Source: Isurus oxyrinchus
Taxonomy: Eukaryota
Assembly: GCA_026770705.1 (NCBI GenBank)
Contig: JANJGN010000020.1
Coordinates: 76,694,001 to 76,758,000 of the forward strand
Direction of reading: 5' to 3'
Length of the DNA stretch: 64,000 nucleotides
Under the pieces are notes generated by a model. It had not been told where the DNA came from, ran no database searches, and saw nothing but the letters and a program-made list of their open reading frames with translations. Both the position numbers and the translations under genes were made by a program. Positions 1 to 14,499 of the stretch are shown here, piece by piece; the stretch's first letter is position 1; each line of letters starts with the position of its first letter.

Positions 1-3000
1 CATAAACTGTGTCAAGGTCTATTGGAGTAAGTACTGTTCCAAGTAATGGATTAACATAAACTGAGACAGGGCGTATTACAGTCATACCTTTTGAAGGGTA
101 TGGATTAATAAATTGATGAACAGAGTTTCTTGCAGTGATTAGTGATACGAGTAATGGCTTAATATCCACTGACAAAGGGTGTATTACATTAATTACAAAA
201 AATCTATGCCTGTATTACTATAAACTGAGAGAGGGTATCTAGCTGTTGTTATTGATACAAGCTATGGATTAATATCAACTGAGGCAGGGTCAATGACACT
301 GCTTATTAAACACAGTCCAGATTAATTTAAATGGAGACAGGGTCAATCACAATGATTATTGATACAGAATCCAGACGAATACAGACTGAGGACAGGGCCT
401 ATTGCAGTAATTACCAATGCAATGCCTGTCTTAATTCGTGATTACTCATATAAAGTATGGATTAATATCAACTGAGACAGAGCTTGTTATAGTGACTACA
501 GATACAAGTTTTTAGATTAACATAAACTGAGACATGGTCTATTACGGTTATTACCAATGCAATGTCTGTGTTAATATAAATTGAGACAGTGCCTATTACA
601 GAGCTTACTGATGCAAGATATTGATTCATATCAATTGATAGAGGCTCAGTTAAAATGATTACTGATACAGCATCTGGATTAATGTAAATTGAGACAGGGT
701 CCATTACAGTGATTACTGATACAAGTTATGGATTAATATAAACTGAGACAAGGCCGATTACAATGATTAATGATATATAGTATGGATTAAAATAAACTCA
801 GACAGGGTCTGTTACATTGATTTCTTATACAGGGTGTAGATTAATATAAACTAAGGCAGGGTCTATTAGAGTAATTACCAATACGAGATATGAATTAATA
901 TAAACTGAGACAGGGTATATTACTGCGATTACCAATAGAAGGCCTGTATTGATATAAACTAAGTCAGGGTCAGCGTCAGTGATTACTGATTCAAGGTTTT
1001 GATTAATATCAACTGAGAAAGGGCCTATTGCAATGATTAGTGACACAGGATCAAGATTAATATAAACTGAGAGAAGGCCTAATACAGTGATTACCGATGC
1101 AAGGCATGGATTAATATCAACTGAGATAGGGTCTGTTACAGTGATTACTAATGCAGGGTCTAGATTAATATAAACTGAAACAGGGTCTATTACAATGATT
1201 ATTGATACAGGGTCTAGATTAATATAAACTGAGTCAGCATCTATTAGACTAATTACTAATTCATGGTCAGTATCAGTATAAACTGAGACAGGGTCTATTA
1301 CAGTGATTACTGATACAGGATCTAGATTAATATAAATGGAGACAGTATCAATCAGAATGATTATTGATATAGGATCTACATTAATATGGACTCAGGACAG
1401 CATCAATCTCAGTGACTAATGATACAAGTTATCGATTAATATAAATTGAGACAGGTTCTATTACAGTAATTTACAATGCAATGTCTGTATTGATATGAAG
1501 TGAGACAGGGTCTATTACACTGATTACTGATACAGGGCCTGCATTACTATAAATGGAGACATAGTCTATTGCATTGATTACTGACACAGGTTTTGGATTA
1601 ACATAAACTGGGACAGGTTATATTACAGTAATTACCAATACAATGTCTGTATTAATATAATCTGAGACAGGGTCTATTACTGTGTTTACTCTGATACAAC
1701 ATATGGATTCATATCAACTGAGATAGAGGCTATTACAGTGATTCCTGATACATGGTCTGTAATAATATAAACTGAGACAAGGCCTTCTACAGTGATTACT
1801 GTTATATGGTATGGATAAAAATAATCAGAGACAGGGTCTCTTACAATGCTTACTGATACAGAGTCTGGATTAATTAAAACAGAGACAGGCTCTAGTACAG
1901 TGAAGGCTTTGATTGATCTAAACTGAATCAGGGCCTACTTCAGTGATTACTGATACAAGGTATTGATTAATTTCAACTGAGACAGGGTCTGTTGCAATGA
2001 TTAATGTTGCAATGTGTGGATTGATTTAAACTGAGACAGAGTCTTTTACAGTGATTAATGAGACAAGTTCAGTATTAATTTAAACTGAGACAGGGTCTCT
2101 TTCAGTGGTTACTGATACAAGGTATGGATTAAAATAATCTGGGACAGTATCTGTTACGGTTCTTACTGATACATGGTCTAGAATCAGGTAAATAGAGACC
2201 GTGTCTTTTTCAGTGATTAATAATACAAGGTCTGGATTGCTATGAATTGAGACAGGGTCTATTCCTGTCATTATCGAGGCTAGGTCTGTGCTAATATGGA
2301 CTTAGTCAGCGTCGACTTCAGTGATTACTGATACAAGGTATTGGTTAATATCAACTGAGACAGGGTCTGTTACAGTGGTTATTGTTAAAATGTTTGGATT
2401 GATATAAACTGAAATAAGGTCTTTTACAGTCATTAATGATACAAGGTCTGTATTAATATAAAATGAGACATAGGCCATTACAGTGATTACTGATACAAGG
2501 TGTGGATTAAAAGAAACTGAGACAGAGTCTATTGCAGTCATTACCAATACAAGACCTTGATTGATATAAACTGAGATAGGGACTATTCCAGTCATTACCA
2601 AGACAAGGTCTCTATTGATATAAACTGAGTCGGGGTCTTCATCAGTGATCACTGATTCAAGGTATTAATTAATAACAACACAGGCAGGGTCTGTTACAGT
2701 GATTACCAACAAAAGGCCTGTATTGATATAAACTGAGGCACGGTCAACTTCAGTGGTCACTGATACAAAGCATTGATTAATATCAACAGAGACAGAGCCT
2801 ATTACAGTGATTACTGTTGCAATGTATGGATTGAGATAAACCTAAAGATGGTCTTACACATTGACTAATGATAAAATGTCTGTATTAATATGAATGGAGA
2901 TAGGGTCTCTTTCAGTGGTTAATGATAGAAGAAATGGATTAACATCAACTGAGGCAGGATCCATTACAGTGATTACTGATACAAGGTGTTGGTGAATATC

Positions 3001-6000
3001 ATATGAGACAGAGTCTATTACAGTGTTTACTGATACAAGGTCTGGGCAGGTGTAAATTGAGACAGAGTGTATTACTGCAACTACTGATACATGGTCTGAA
3101 TTGATATAATCTGATACTGGGTGTAGTACAATAATTTCTGATGCAGGGCCTAGGTTAATATACACTGAGACAGGGTCCATTACATCTAACACTGATACAA
3201 GGTCTGTCTTAATATAAGGTGAGGCAGAATCTCTTTCAGTGATTGCTGATACAATGTATGGATTAATATCAAGTGAGGCAATGTCTCTTTCAGTGGTTAC
3301 TGATGCAACATATGGGTTAATATCAACTGATGCAGGGTCCATTACAGTGATTAGTGATACAGGGTTTAGATGAATATAAACTGCGGCAGGGACTATTACA
3401 GCAATTAGCATTGCAGTGTATGGATTAACATAAACTAAGACAGGGTCTCTAACAGTGGTTACTGAAACAAGGTTTGTATTAATATAAACTGAGACAGAGT
3501 CTATTACTGTGATTATTGAGAGATGGTATGGATTAATATCAACTGGGTCAGGGCCCAATACAGTAATTACTGATATAGGGTCTAGATCAATACACACTGA
3601 AGCAGGGATTATTACAGTGATTACCGGTGCAAGGTATGGATTAATATAAACTGAGTCATGGTATGTTACAGTGATTACTGATACAAGGAATGGATTCGTA
3701 TCAACTGAGACAAGGTCTATTACAGTGATCACTGATGCACTGTCTGGGTTAATATAAACATGGACAGGGTATATTCGAGTGATTACTGATACATGGTATT
3801 GATTAAAATTAAGTGAGACAGGGTCTGTTACATTTATTAATGATAAATGGTCTAGATTAATATAAAATGAGAGAAGGTCTCTTCCAGTGATTACTGATAC
3901 AAGGCATGGATTAACATAAACTGAGACAGGGTCTATCACAATGATTACTGATACAGGGTCTGGATTAATTAAAAGCGAGACAAGGTCTATTACAGTGATT
4001 ACCAATACAAGGCTTGGATGGATATAAATATAGTCAGTGTCTACTTCAGTGATTACTGGTACAAAGTATTTATGAATAGCAATTATGCCAGGGTCTATTA
4101 TGGTAATTACTGATACCTGGTCTAGTACAATATAACCTGAGGCAGGGTCTATATCTGGGTCTATTAAAGTGACTACTGATACAGAGTCTAGATTAATATA
4201 AATGGAGGCAGGGTAAATCATAGTGATTATTGATACAGGATCTACATTAATATTGACTTAGCCCCGGGACTATTACAGTAATTAGCAATAGAATTTCTAT
4301 GTTAATATAAACTGAAACATGGTCTATCACAGTGAATACTGAAACAAGATATGTACTAATATAAACTGAGACAAGGTCTGTTACAGTGACAACTAATACA
4401 AATTATGGATTAATATAAACTGAGACAGGGTCTATTACAATGATGACGGATAAAAGGCATGGATTTGTATCAACTGAGATAGGGTTTATTACAGTGATTA
4501 CTGATACAGTGTCTGGATTAGTATAAACTGCGACAAGATCTTTTACTTTGATTACTGATATATGGTACTGATTAAAATAACTTGAAAGGGCCTGACACAA
4601 TGACTACCAATACAGGGCCTAGATTAATATAAACAGAGACAGTGTTTATTATAGTGATTACCAATACAACGTTTGGATTGATATAAATTCATTCAAAGTC
4701 TACTTCAGTGATTACTGAAACAAGGTATTGATTAATATCAACTGAGACAGAGACTTTTATTGTGATTACTGAGACAAGGTCTGCATTAATATAAACCAAG
4801 GCATGGTCTATTATAGTGGTTACTGATACAAGGTGTCGATTAACATCAACTGAGTCAAGGTCAATTTCAGTGATCACTGATACAGGGTCTAGATGAATAT
4901 AAACTGTGTCAAGGTCTATTGGAGCAAGTATTGTTCCAAGTAATGGATTAACATAAACTGAGACAGGGTGTATTACAGTCATTCCTGATGAAGGGTATGG
5001 ATTAATAAATTGATGAACAGAGTTTCTTACAGTGATTAGTGATACAAGTAATGGCTTAATAATCCACTGACAAAGGGTGTATTACATTAATTACAAAAAA
5101 AACTATGCCTGTATTACTACAACCTGAGAGAAGGTATCTAGCTGTTGTTAGTGGTACAAGCTATGGATTAATATCAACTGAAGCAGGGTCTATTACAGTG
5201 CTTATTAAACACAGTCTAGATTAGTATAAATGGAGACAGGGTAAATCAGAATGATTATTAATACAGAATCCAGATGAATACAGCCTAAGGACAGGGCCTA
5301 TTGCAGTAATTACCAATAAAATGCCTGCCTTAATTCGTGATTACTCATATAAAGTATGGATTAATATCAACTGAGACAGAGCTTGTTATAGTGACTACAG
5401 ATACAAGTTTTTAGATTAACATAAACTGAGACATGATCTATTACGGTAATTACCAATGCAATGTCTGTGTTAATATAAATTGAGACAGTGCCTATTACAG
5501 AGCTCACTGATGCAAGGTATGGATTCATATCAATTGATAGAGGCTCAGTTAAAGTGATCACTGATACAGCATCTGGATTAATATAAATTGAGACAGGGTC
5601 CATTACAGTGATTACTGATACAAGTTATGGATTAAAATAAACTGAGACAAGGCCTATTACAATGATTAATGATATATGGTATGGATTAAAATAAACTCAG
5701 ACAGGGTCTGTTACATTGATTTCTTATACAGGGTATAGATTAATATAAACTAAGGCAGGGTCTATTAGAGTAATTACCAATACGAGATCTGAATTAATAT
5801 AAACTGAGACAGGGTATATTACTGTGAGTACCAATAGAAGGCCTGTGTTGATATAAACTAAGTCAGGGTCAGCATCAGTGATTACTGATTCAAGGTTTTG
5901 ATTAATATCAACTGAGACAGGGCCTATTACAATGATTAGTGACACAGGATCAAGATTAATATAAACTGAGAGAAGGCCTAATACAGTGATTTCCAATGCA

Positions 6001-9000
6001 AGGCATGGATTAATATCAACTGAGATAGGGTCTATTACAGTAATTACTAATGCAGGGTCTAGATTAATATAAACTGAAATAGGGTCTATTACAATGATTA
6101 TTAATACAGGGTCTAGGTTAATATAAACTGAGTCAGCAACTATTAGACTAATTACTAATTCACAGTTGGTATCAGTATAAACTGAGACAGGGTCTATTAC
6201 AGTGATTACTGATACAGGATCTAGATTAATATAAATGGAGACAGTGTCAATCAGAATGATTATTGATATAGGATCTACATTAATATGGACTCAGGACAGT
6301 GTCTATTTCAGTGAGTAATGATACAAGTTATCAATTAATATAAACGGAGGCAGGTTCTATTACGGTAATTAACAATGCAATGTCTGTATTGATATGAACT
6401 GAGACAGGGTCTATTACACTGATTACTGATACAAGGCCTGCATTACTCGAAATGGAGACATAGTCTATTGCATTGATTACTGATACAAGTTTTGGATTAA
6501 CATAAACTGGGATAGGTTCTATTACAGTAATTACCAATACAATGTCTGTATTAATATAATCTGAGACAGGGTCTATTACAGTGTTTACACTGATACAACA
6601 TATGGATTCATATCAACTTAGATAGAGCCTATTACAGTGATTCCTGATACATGGTCTGTAATAATATAAACTGAGACAAGGCCAACTACAGTGATTACTG
6701 TTATATGGTATGGATTCAAATAAACTGAGACAGGCTCTCTCTCTCCCCCACCCCCCCCCCCCCCACCCCCCCACACACACCTTAAACCAGCTTATATTTC
6801 AACTCTTTCCTGGACTCGAAATCAAGTTCTGTCGAAGGGTCATGAGGACTCGAAACGTCAACTCTTTTCTTCTCCGCCGATGCTGCCAGACCTGCTGAGT
6901 TTTTCCAGGTAATTCTGTTTTTGTTTTGGATTTCCAGCATCCGCAGTTTTGTTTTGTCTTTATCTCTTACAATGCTTACCGATACAGAGTCTGGATTAAC
7001 TAAAACAGAGACAGGCTCTATTACCGTGGATGCCAACAGAAGGCTTTCATTGATCTAATCTGAGTCAGGGCCTACTTCAGTGATTACTGATACAAGGTAT
7101 TGATTAATTTCAACTGAGACAGGGTCTGTTGCAATGATTAATGTTGCAATGCGTGGATTGATTTAAACCGAGACAGGGTCTTTTACAGTGATTAGTGATA
7201 CAGGGCCTAGAATAATATAAACTGAGACACGGTCTATTACAGTGATTACTGATAAATGGCATGGATTAAAATAAACTGAGACAGTATCTGTTACAGTTCT
7301 TACTGATACATGGTCTAGATTCAGGTAAATAAAGACCGTGTCTCTTTCAGTGCTTAATAATACAAGGTCTGGATTGATATAAATTGAGACAGGGTCTATT
7401 CCCGTCATTACCAAGACCAGGTCTGTATTAATATAAATTGAGTCGGGGTCTACTTCAGTGATCACTGATTCAGGGTATTAATTAATAACAACACAGACCA
7501 GGTCTGTTACAGTGATTACTGTAACAATGTATGAATTAATATAAATCGAGTCAGGGTCTTTTACACTGATTACTGAGACAGGGTCAGTGTTAATGTAAAC
7601 TGAGACAGGGTCTCTAACATTGTTTGCTGATACAAGGTATGGATTAATTTCAACTGAGGCAGGGCCTATTACAGTGATCATTGATACAAGGTATCAATTT
7701 ACATAAACTGAGACAGGGTTTATTACAGTGACTACTGATACAAGTTATGGATTCATATCAACTGAGACTGGATCTATTGCAGTGATTACTAATGCAGGGT
7801 ATGGGGATATTATATACTGATACAGAGTCTATTACAATGATTATGATACATGGTATGAATTAAGATTAGCAGAGACATGTTCAATTACAGTGATTACCAA
7901 CACAAGGCCTATATTGATATAAACTGAGCCACAGTCTACTTCAGTGGTCACTGATACAATGCATTGATTAATATTAACAGAGACAGGGTCTGTTACAGTG
8001 ATTACTGTTACAATGTATGGATTGAAATAAACCTAAAGAGGGTGTTACACAGTGACTAATGATAAAATGTCTGCACTAATATAAATGGAGATATGGTATC
8101 TTTTAGTGGTTACTGCTACAAGGCATGGATTAACATCAACTGAGGTAGGGTCTATTATAATAATTACTAATACAGGGCCTAGATTAATATAACCTGAGGG
8201 AAGGCCTATTTCAATGATTACTGTTACAATGTATGGATTAATATAGACGTACAAAAGGTCTATTTCAGTGATTACTATACATGGCCTGTATTAATATCAA
8301 CTGAGGCAAGGTCCATTACAGTGATTACTGATACAAGGCATGGATTAATATAATATGAGACAGAGTCTATTACAGTGTTTACTGATACAAGGTCTGGGCT
8401 GGTGTAAATTGAGACCGGGTGTATTCCTGCGACTACTGATACAGGGTGTGAATTGATATAATCTGATACTGTGTGTAGTACAGTAAGTTCTGATGCAGGG
8501 CCTAGGTTAATATACACTGAGACAGTGTCCATTACATTGAACACTGATACAAGGTCTGTGTTAATATAAGGTGAGGCAGAATCACTTTTAGTGATTGCTG
8601 ATACAATGTATGAATTAATATCAAGTGAGTCAAGGTCTCCTTCAGTGGTTACTGATGCAACATATGGATTAATATCAACTGATGCAGGGTCTATTACAGT
8701 GATTACTGATACAGGGTCTAGATTAATATAAACTGAGACAGGTTTTGTTACAGTGTTAATGATACAAGGTCTGGACTGGTGTAAACTGAGACAGCATGTT
8801 TCACAGTGATTACTGCCACAGGGTATGTATTGATATAATCTGAAACTCAGTACAGTACAATGATCACTGCGACAGGTTCTGGATTAATATAAACTGAGAC
8901 TGGGTCTAGTACAATAATTACTGATACAGGTCATGGATTGATATAAACTGAGGCAGGGCCTATTACAATGATTACTGATACATGGTATGGATTAAGATAA

Positions 9001-11270
9001 ACTGGAAAGGGTCAATTAATGTGGTTACCGACATAAGGCCTGCATTAATATAAACTGAGAATGGGTCAATTACATTAATTAATGATACAGGGCCCAGTTT
9101 AATATAAACTGAGACAGGCTTGATTACAGTGATTACTGATAAATGGTCTCAATTAATTTAAACTTATACAGAGTCTATTACAATGATTATTGATACAGGG
9201 TCCAGGTTAATATAAACTGAGACAAGGCCTATTGAAGTTATTACCGGTACAATATCTGCATTAATATAAACTGTGACAGTGTCTATTCAAGTGAATACTG
9301 ATACAAGGCATGGATTAATATAAACGGAGACAGTGTGTATTACTGTGAATACTGATACAGGTTATGGGTTAATATAAACTAAGTCAGGCTCTATTACAGC
9401 ATTCCCAATATAATATCTGTGAATATATAAACTGAGAAAGGGTATTTTACAGTGATTATTGATTCAAGACATGGATTAATATAAACTGAGACTGGGTCTA
9501 TTACAGTGATTGCTGATACATAGTATTGATTAACATAAACTGAGACAGGGTCTATTACAGTGATAACCGATACACGGTCTGGGCTGATATTAACTGAGAC
9601 AGGGTCTATTCCAGTGATTAACAAGACAAGGTCTATATTGATATAAAGTGTGTCAGGGTTTTTACAGGGATTACTGTTACAAGGTATTGATTGCCATCAA
9701 CTGAGGCAGGGTCTCTTATGGTGATTACTAATACAAGGTTTGTATTAATAAAAACTGAGACGGTCTCTTTCAGTGCTTACTGATACAAGACATGGATTAA
9801 TATAAACGGAGACAGTGTGTATTACAGTGAATACTGAAACAGGTTATGGGTTATTATAAACTGAGACAGTGTGTATTACAGTGAATACTGAAACAGGTTA
9901 TGGGTTAATATAAACTGAGGCAGTGTGTATTACAGTGAATACTGAAACAGGTTATGGGTTATTATAAACGGAGACAGTGTGTATTACAGTGAATACTGAA
10001 ACAGGTTATGGGTTAATATAAACTGAGGCAGTGTGTATTACAGTGAATACTGAAACAGGTTATGGGTTAATATAAACTGAGGCAGCCCCTATTACAGAAA
10101 TTACCAATACAATATCTGTATTTATATAAACTGAGAAAGGTTATTCTGCAGTGATTATTAATACAAGGCATGGATTAATATAAACTGAGACTGGGTCTAT
10201 TACAGTGATCACTGATACATGGTATTAATTAACATAAACTGAGACAGGGTCTATTACAGTGATTACCAATACAAGGTCTATATTGATATAATGTGTGTCA
10301 GGGTTTTTACAGGGATTACTGATACAATGTATTGATTATTATCAACTGAGACAGGGTCTCTTACAGTGATTACTAATACAAGGTTTGTATTAATATAAAC
10401 TGAGACAGGGTCTATTTCAGTGCTTACTGGTACAAAACATGGATTAATATAAACTGAGACAGTCTGTATTACAGTGAATACTGAAATAGATTATGGGTTA
10501 ATATAAATTGAGGCAGACTCTATTATAGCATTCACCAAATACAATGTCTGTATTTATATAAACCTAGAAAGGGTTTTTACAGTGAATGTTGATACAATGC
10601 TTGGATTAATATAAACTGAGACTGGGCCTATTACAGTGATTACTGATACATGGTATCAATTAACATAAACTGAGGCAGGGTCTATTACAGTGATTAGCAA
10701 TACAAGACTGGGCTGATATTAACTGAGACAGGGTCTACTCCAGTGATTAACAAGACAAGGTCTATATTGATATAAAGTGTGACAGGGCTTTTACAGGGAT
10801 TACTGATGCAAGGTATTGATTACTATCAACTGAGACAGGGTCTCTTACAGTGATTACTAATACAGGGTTTGTATTAATATAAACTGAGACAGGGTCTCTT
10901 TCAGTGGTTATTGATACAAGGTATGGATAATATCCACTTAGGCGGGGTTTATTACAGTGAGTACTGATACAAAGTCTGTATTCATATAAACAGAGGCAGT
11001 GTCTAATGCAGTGATTACTGGTAAACGGCCTAGATTAACATCAACTGCTACAGAACAGGATTACTGATACTGGGCCCAATTTAAAAAAACTGAAGCAGGG
11101 CATAAAGCAATAATCTCTGACACAGCACCGAGTGTAAATCAACCAGGGATAAATCTGGTGTGGAAACAGTTGATGCAGGGCTTCGCAGCATATTGAGAGG
11201 GACAGAGAGTAATGCAGTTATAATTAATAGATAACCTAGTGTAATATACAGAGAGATAGGGTTTAGTGTT
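1..11270. repeat. Diverged tandem satellite, 54-bp unit made of two related 27-mers (approx. TAGATTAATATAAACTGAGACAGGGTC + TATTACAGTGATTACTGATACAGGGTC)
   Basis: Motifs AAACTGAGACAGGGTC and TTACTGATACA recur every ~54 nt. Minus-strand ORFs translate as an 18-aa repeat (INPDLVSVITVIDPVSVY). The array degrades after ~11.0 kb. Confidence 0.95.
6736..6967 (+). mobile_element. Penelope-like element terminal-repeat (pLTR) fragment inserted in the satellite, with hammerhead-like motif
   Basis: Non-satellite insert containing CTGTCGA-A-GGGTC-ATGAG-GACTC-GAAAC-GTC then GATGCTGCCAGACCTGCTGAG. It is homologous to the arms of the element at 59-60 kb and absent from the duplicate satellite copy near 1830. 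Confidence 0.75.
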
Positions 11271-11789
11271 ACATCATTAGAACCATCTTACTGCGCAATA
11301 TAATGTGTATTAATATCGAATTAACATAAGCCCCAGCATCACTGATCCATTTGCCAGTGGAACAGCATCTCCCTAAATATTCAAAAACATCCCTCACACG
11401 TTGGACTATTTCTGATAAACCTATCCTAAGATTCTCGTTGATGAGGAGAGCAATCCCAGTTTCTTGTTGTGCAGAGAGCGAGGGGCAGTGCAAACTTAAG
11501 TTCCAGGTAATCTTCTGTCTTGTTACTTCGAAATGAGCATTTAGCAATCGCTGACGCTGTTATCTGGGCCCAGTGGAAATACAGTGCACTGTTACAACAG
11601 GCTCAGGCTAAGACACCGGACTACAAGGCAACGGATCCTTTACAACTAAATTAATGTGTGTAAGACTGGTGCCTGCTTCTGAACTTTATATACATAGAAC
11701 CAAATGCTATAATTTCAAAATAGCAATTGCAACATGTTCAGAGCCTTGCATTAGTGGCTCTCATACACGGACAGTAACCACTACTGAAC

Positions 11790-11890
11790 TGAAAACAGAA
11801 AGTGCTGGAAAGACTCAGTGGGCCTGGCAGGGTCTGAGGAGAGAGAAACAGAGTTAACGTTTCGATTCCATATGAATTTATTCAGAGCCA
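11790..11890 (-). mobile_element. Penelope-like pLTR fragment
   Basis: GAGAGAGAAACAGAGTTAACGTTTCGA...TTCAGAG, the reverse complement of the motifs at 30.6 kb and 60.25 kb. Confidence 0.6.
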
Positions 11891-11984
11891 CAACTGCAGG
11901 TTTGCAGCATGGTCAGTGGAGTAATCACTCAGATGTGGCGATGGTAATGTCATCTCAGTCTTAGGGAATAGCAGCATCGAGGTA

Positions 11985-12420
11985 AATTAACTGGGCTGGT
12001 AATACAGAGAAGATCAGAAATGCTCCAGAGACATGATTTAAACGCCACGACGGCAGCTGACGGGATTTCCATTCATTTAATCCATTAAAACCGAAACTGG
12101 AAAAAAATTACTCATTGCATTAATAATCGGACAACATAATTGTCATGAAGTTGCAATTGGTTCACTAATGTGATTCGGGGAGGAAATCTTACCCTTACCA
12201 GCCTGGCCTACGTGAGGCTGCAGCCCCACAACAACTTGGCTGACTCTTAACGGCCCTTGGAATGGTCCAGAAGGCCATTTAGTTGGGTCAAAGCACTTCC
12301 CCGAAAGTCAAATAAGAGGCTCACGGCACAAACTTCAGCTGTGCAAGATACCGGCTCCCCACCAACTTCTCAAGGGTACTTTTGAATGCACAGTTAAGGC
12401 TGGCCTTGCTTTCGGCGTTC
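11985..12420 (+). mobile_element. Degenerate shark SINE-like repeat
   Basis: GGTTCACTAATG...GGAGGAAATCT...CCTGGCCTACGTG...TGACTCTTAAC, with related pieces at ~16.1-16.25 kb (-), ~17.2 kb and ~34.0 kb. Family not identified. Confidence 0.5.
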
Positions 12421-12599
12421 ACAACAAAAGAACAAATAAAACCAACGGTCAAAGCTTTGTAAACTATTACGGATGTTCTCAATGTAAAATAAGGCCACAA
12501 AATCTGGAAATACTCAGCATCATTCTCCGCTGACACTATTTTACAGCGCAGGGGTAACCTAGACCAATACCTAATGCGCAGCTAATATCACTAATAAAC

Positions 12600-12780
12600 A
12601 GGTGATCTGGGCTTTTATTACATCTCTGTTGGTGGGAGCTTCCTGTGCACAAATTGCCTCCTGTAGTTCTAACCGTGACACAAGAGATTATAATTCGAAA
12701 TAAGGTGCATCAATGAGGTTAATGAGATATGTGATTTGGGACCTCCTGAGATGGTGAAATGTGCTGTATAAACACCGAGT
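12600..12780 (+). mobile_element. SINE/L2-type 3' tail (Deu-SINE/SacSINE-like)
   Basis: TGGGAGCTTCCTGTGCACAAATTG...TTTGGGACCTCCTGAGATGGTGAAATGTGCTGTATAAA resembles the L2-derived SINE tail. Confidence 0.45.
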
Positions 12781-13599
12781 TTTTACTAAAAGTGAACATG
12801 TCAAAACATACGTGGTGATGTGTTAGAAAGTCTGAGAAGAATGTGATTAACGGTCATTTCTCTGTTCATTATTTAAACATGTTTATGTGAAAGGGGTTCA
12901 TCCTTTCACCAATCGATATTCAGCGGAATAACAGGCTGCTCAGAAATGCTTAATTGATTTAAGCAGCAGAATTTCCAGAAACATTTTTTCTTAAATTTAA
13001 TGGCTTCTATTGTTTAAAATAAATAACATTTGTACCAATTGGTTTTCTGAAAATTGTGTTCAATTCTTATACCATCTGTGAATATTCTTAAAATAAACTT
13101 GTTTTGCGCTGAACATAATCAATAGGTGACTGTTGATCTGATTCTGCTGCCATGAACACCACTTTGAAACTAGTGAGGCGGTTATCTAAATAAACACAGA
13201 AATAGACGCCTCAGAATAGAATATTGAGCGACAGAAATACAATAGATGTTTCCCCACCAACAGAGCATGGAAATAACAACAGAGAGAAATATCAATCACA
13301 CAAAGGGCTCCAGTAATGATTGATATTTGGAAGATTTCTATAAGTTATGGGATAACAATATAAAGATGTTTTTATTGTTCAAAACTGGCGAAGCGTCCTT
13401 TGATCCGGTATACAGCAGCAATGAAAATGTGTTTGCGGAGTTTCCTGCATTCTATCCCGCTCTGTCTCCCTTTCTCCCCTATCCCGGGCGTGTCTGGCCT
13501 CTCATTAATGTGTCAGCGTCTGTAACTCATAACATGAAGTAGGTATCTTAGCAAAGATTAATCTCACCCCTATTCATTGACTTTAAACGAAATAGATGG

Positions 13600-13960
13600 C
13601 TGTTCGCAGAAGGAACTTAACTCTAAAATGTGTCTGGTTCACTCAACGACATGGGAGTATTTAATGGGACAGTCTATAGGGAGCACTCCTCTGCAAATTA
13701 ACATTCCTATGTCTTCCTGTGAATGGTATATGGGACATTGTAGAGGGATCTTTTTTCTGCATCTGATACTGCTGTACCATTCTTGGGAGCATTCGATCGA
13801 ATCATGTAGAGGGACCTTTGTCTATCCAGCGCTATACATATCCTGAGAATGTTTGGTGGGATAGTTTAGAGAGACCTTTTCTCTGCCTCACCCCGGAATT
13901 TGCCAATGTAGAGGTAGCTTTACTCTGCGTCTGAACTGTCCCGTGTCTATCCTTAGGAGT
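13600..13960. repeat. Degenerate ~55-60-bp tandem repeat (GGGAGTGTTT..GGGACAGTGTAGAGGGAGCTTTACTCTG-like)
   Basis: TGTAGAGGGA and TTTACTCTG-like motifs recur about six times. Related remnants lie near 32.3 kb and 45.8 kb. Confidence 0.6.
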
Positions 13961-14499
13961 GTCTAATAGTGTTTCGGACTTAGTGCATGAAATGGCATTC
14001 TAGACCGAATCTCTCATCACATGTCAAAATATATTTGGATGTTCACTTGAAGTACTGTAGCCCCAAGGGCCCTGGCACAAAAGCTAGGAAGTGGGATATA
14101 ACTTGATAGATCATTTGAGGTCATTATGGTTAGGGTGTGCGCAATGGCCTATTTCTGTGCTGCACAAATCTATGAGTTTCAGATGCTATGAAGTGTGTTG
14201 AGGTCTCAGAAAGTATACAGAGGAAGGTAACCAGTTTGTTAACAAGGATCTTTAGTTAACAGGGTCTTTAGTAACAACAATAAATTGGACAAATTGGCAG
14301 CATTCTGCTTGTGATAAAGAAGATTAAGCAGAAACCTAAACGCTTTTTCCAAGATGATGAGAGGTTTTGAGAGAATTAGCAGAGAGCACCAGTTCCTTCT
14401 ATTCATTGTGTCAATATCCAGTCATCATGGCTTCAAAACAAAATGTATATATTGGCAGATTTGTAAAAGGGCGATGAGGAGAAATATTTCGCTAGCAAC

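Noticed and set aside
2854-4221. 455-aa minus-strand ORF, and neighbours, with an 18-aa repeat resembling a beta-solenoid protein
   Set aside because: It follows from a 54-bp unit whose consensus has one stop-free frame. Adjacent units are broken by stops and frameshifts, and there is no splice or promoter context.
1-11270. CRISPR-like regular repeat appearance
   Set aside because: There are no unique spacers and no cas genes, and the context is eukaryotic. It is a continuous diverged satellite.
11320-13545. Unique-looking segments at ~11.3-11.5 kb and ~13.37-13.54 kb that could be exons
   Set aside because: No recognisable protein family or convincing exon structure. A tblastn or RNA-seq check would be needed.
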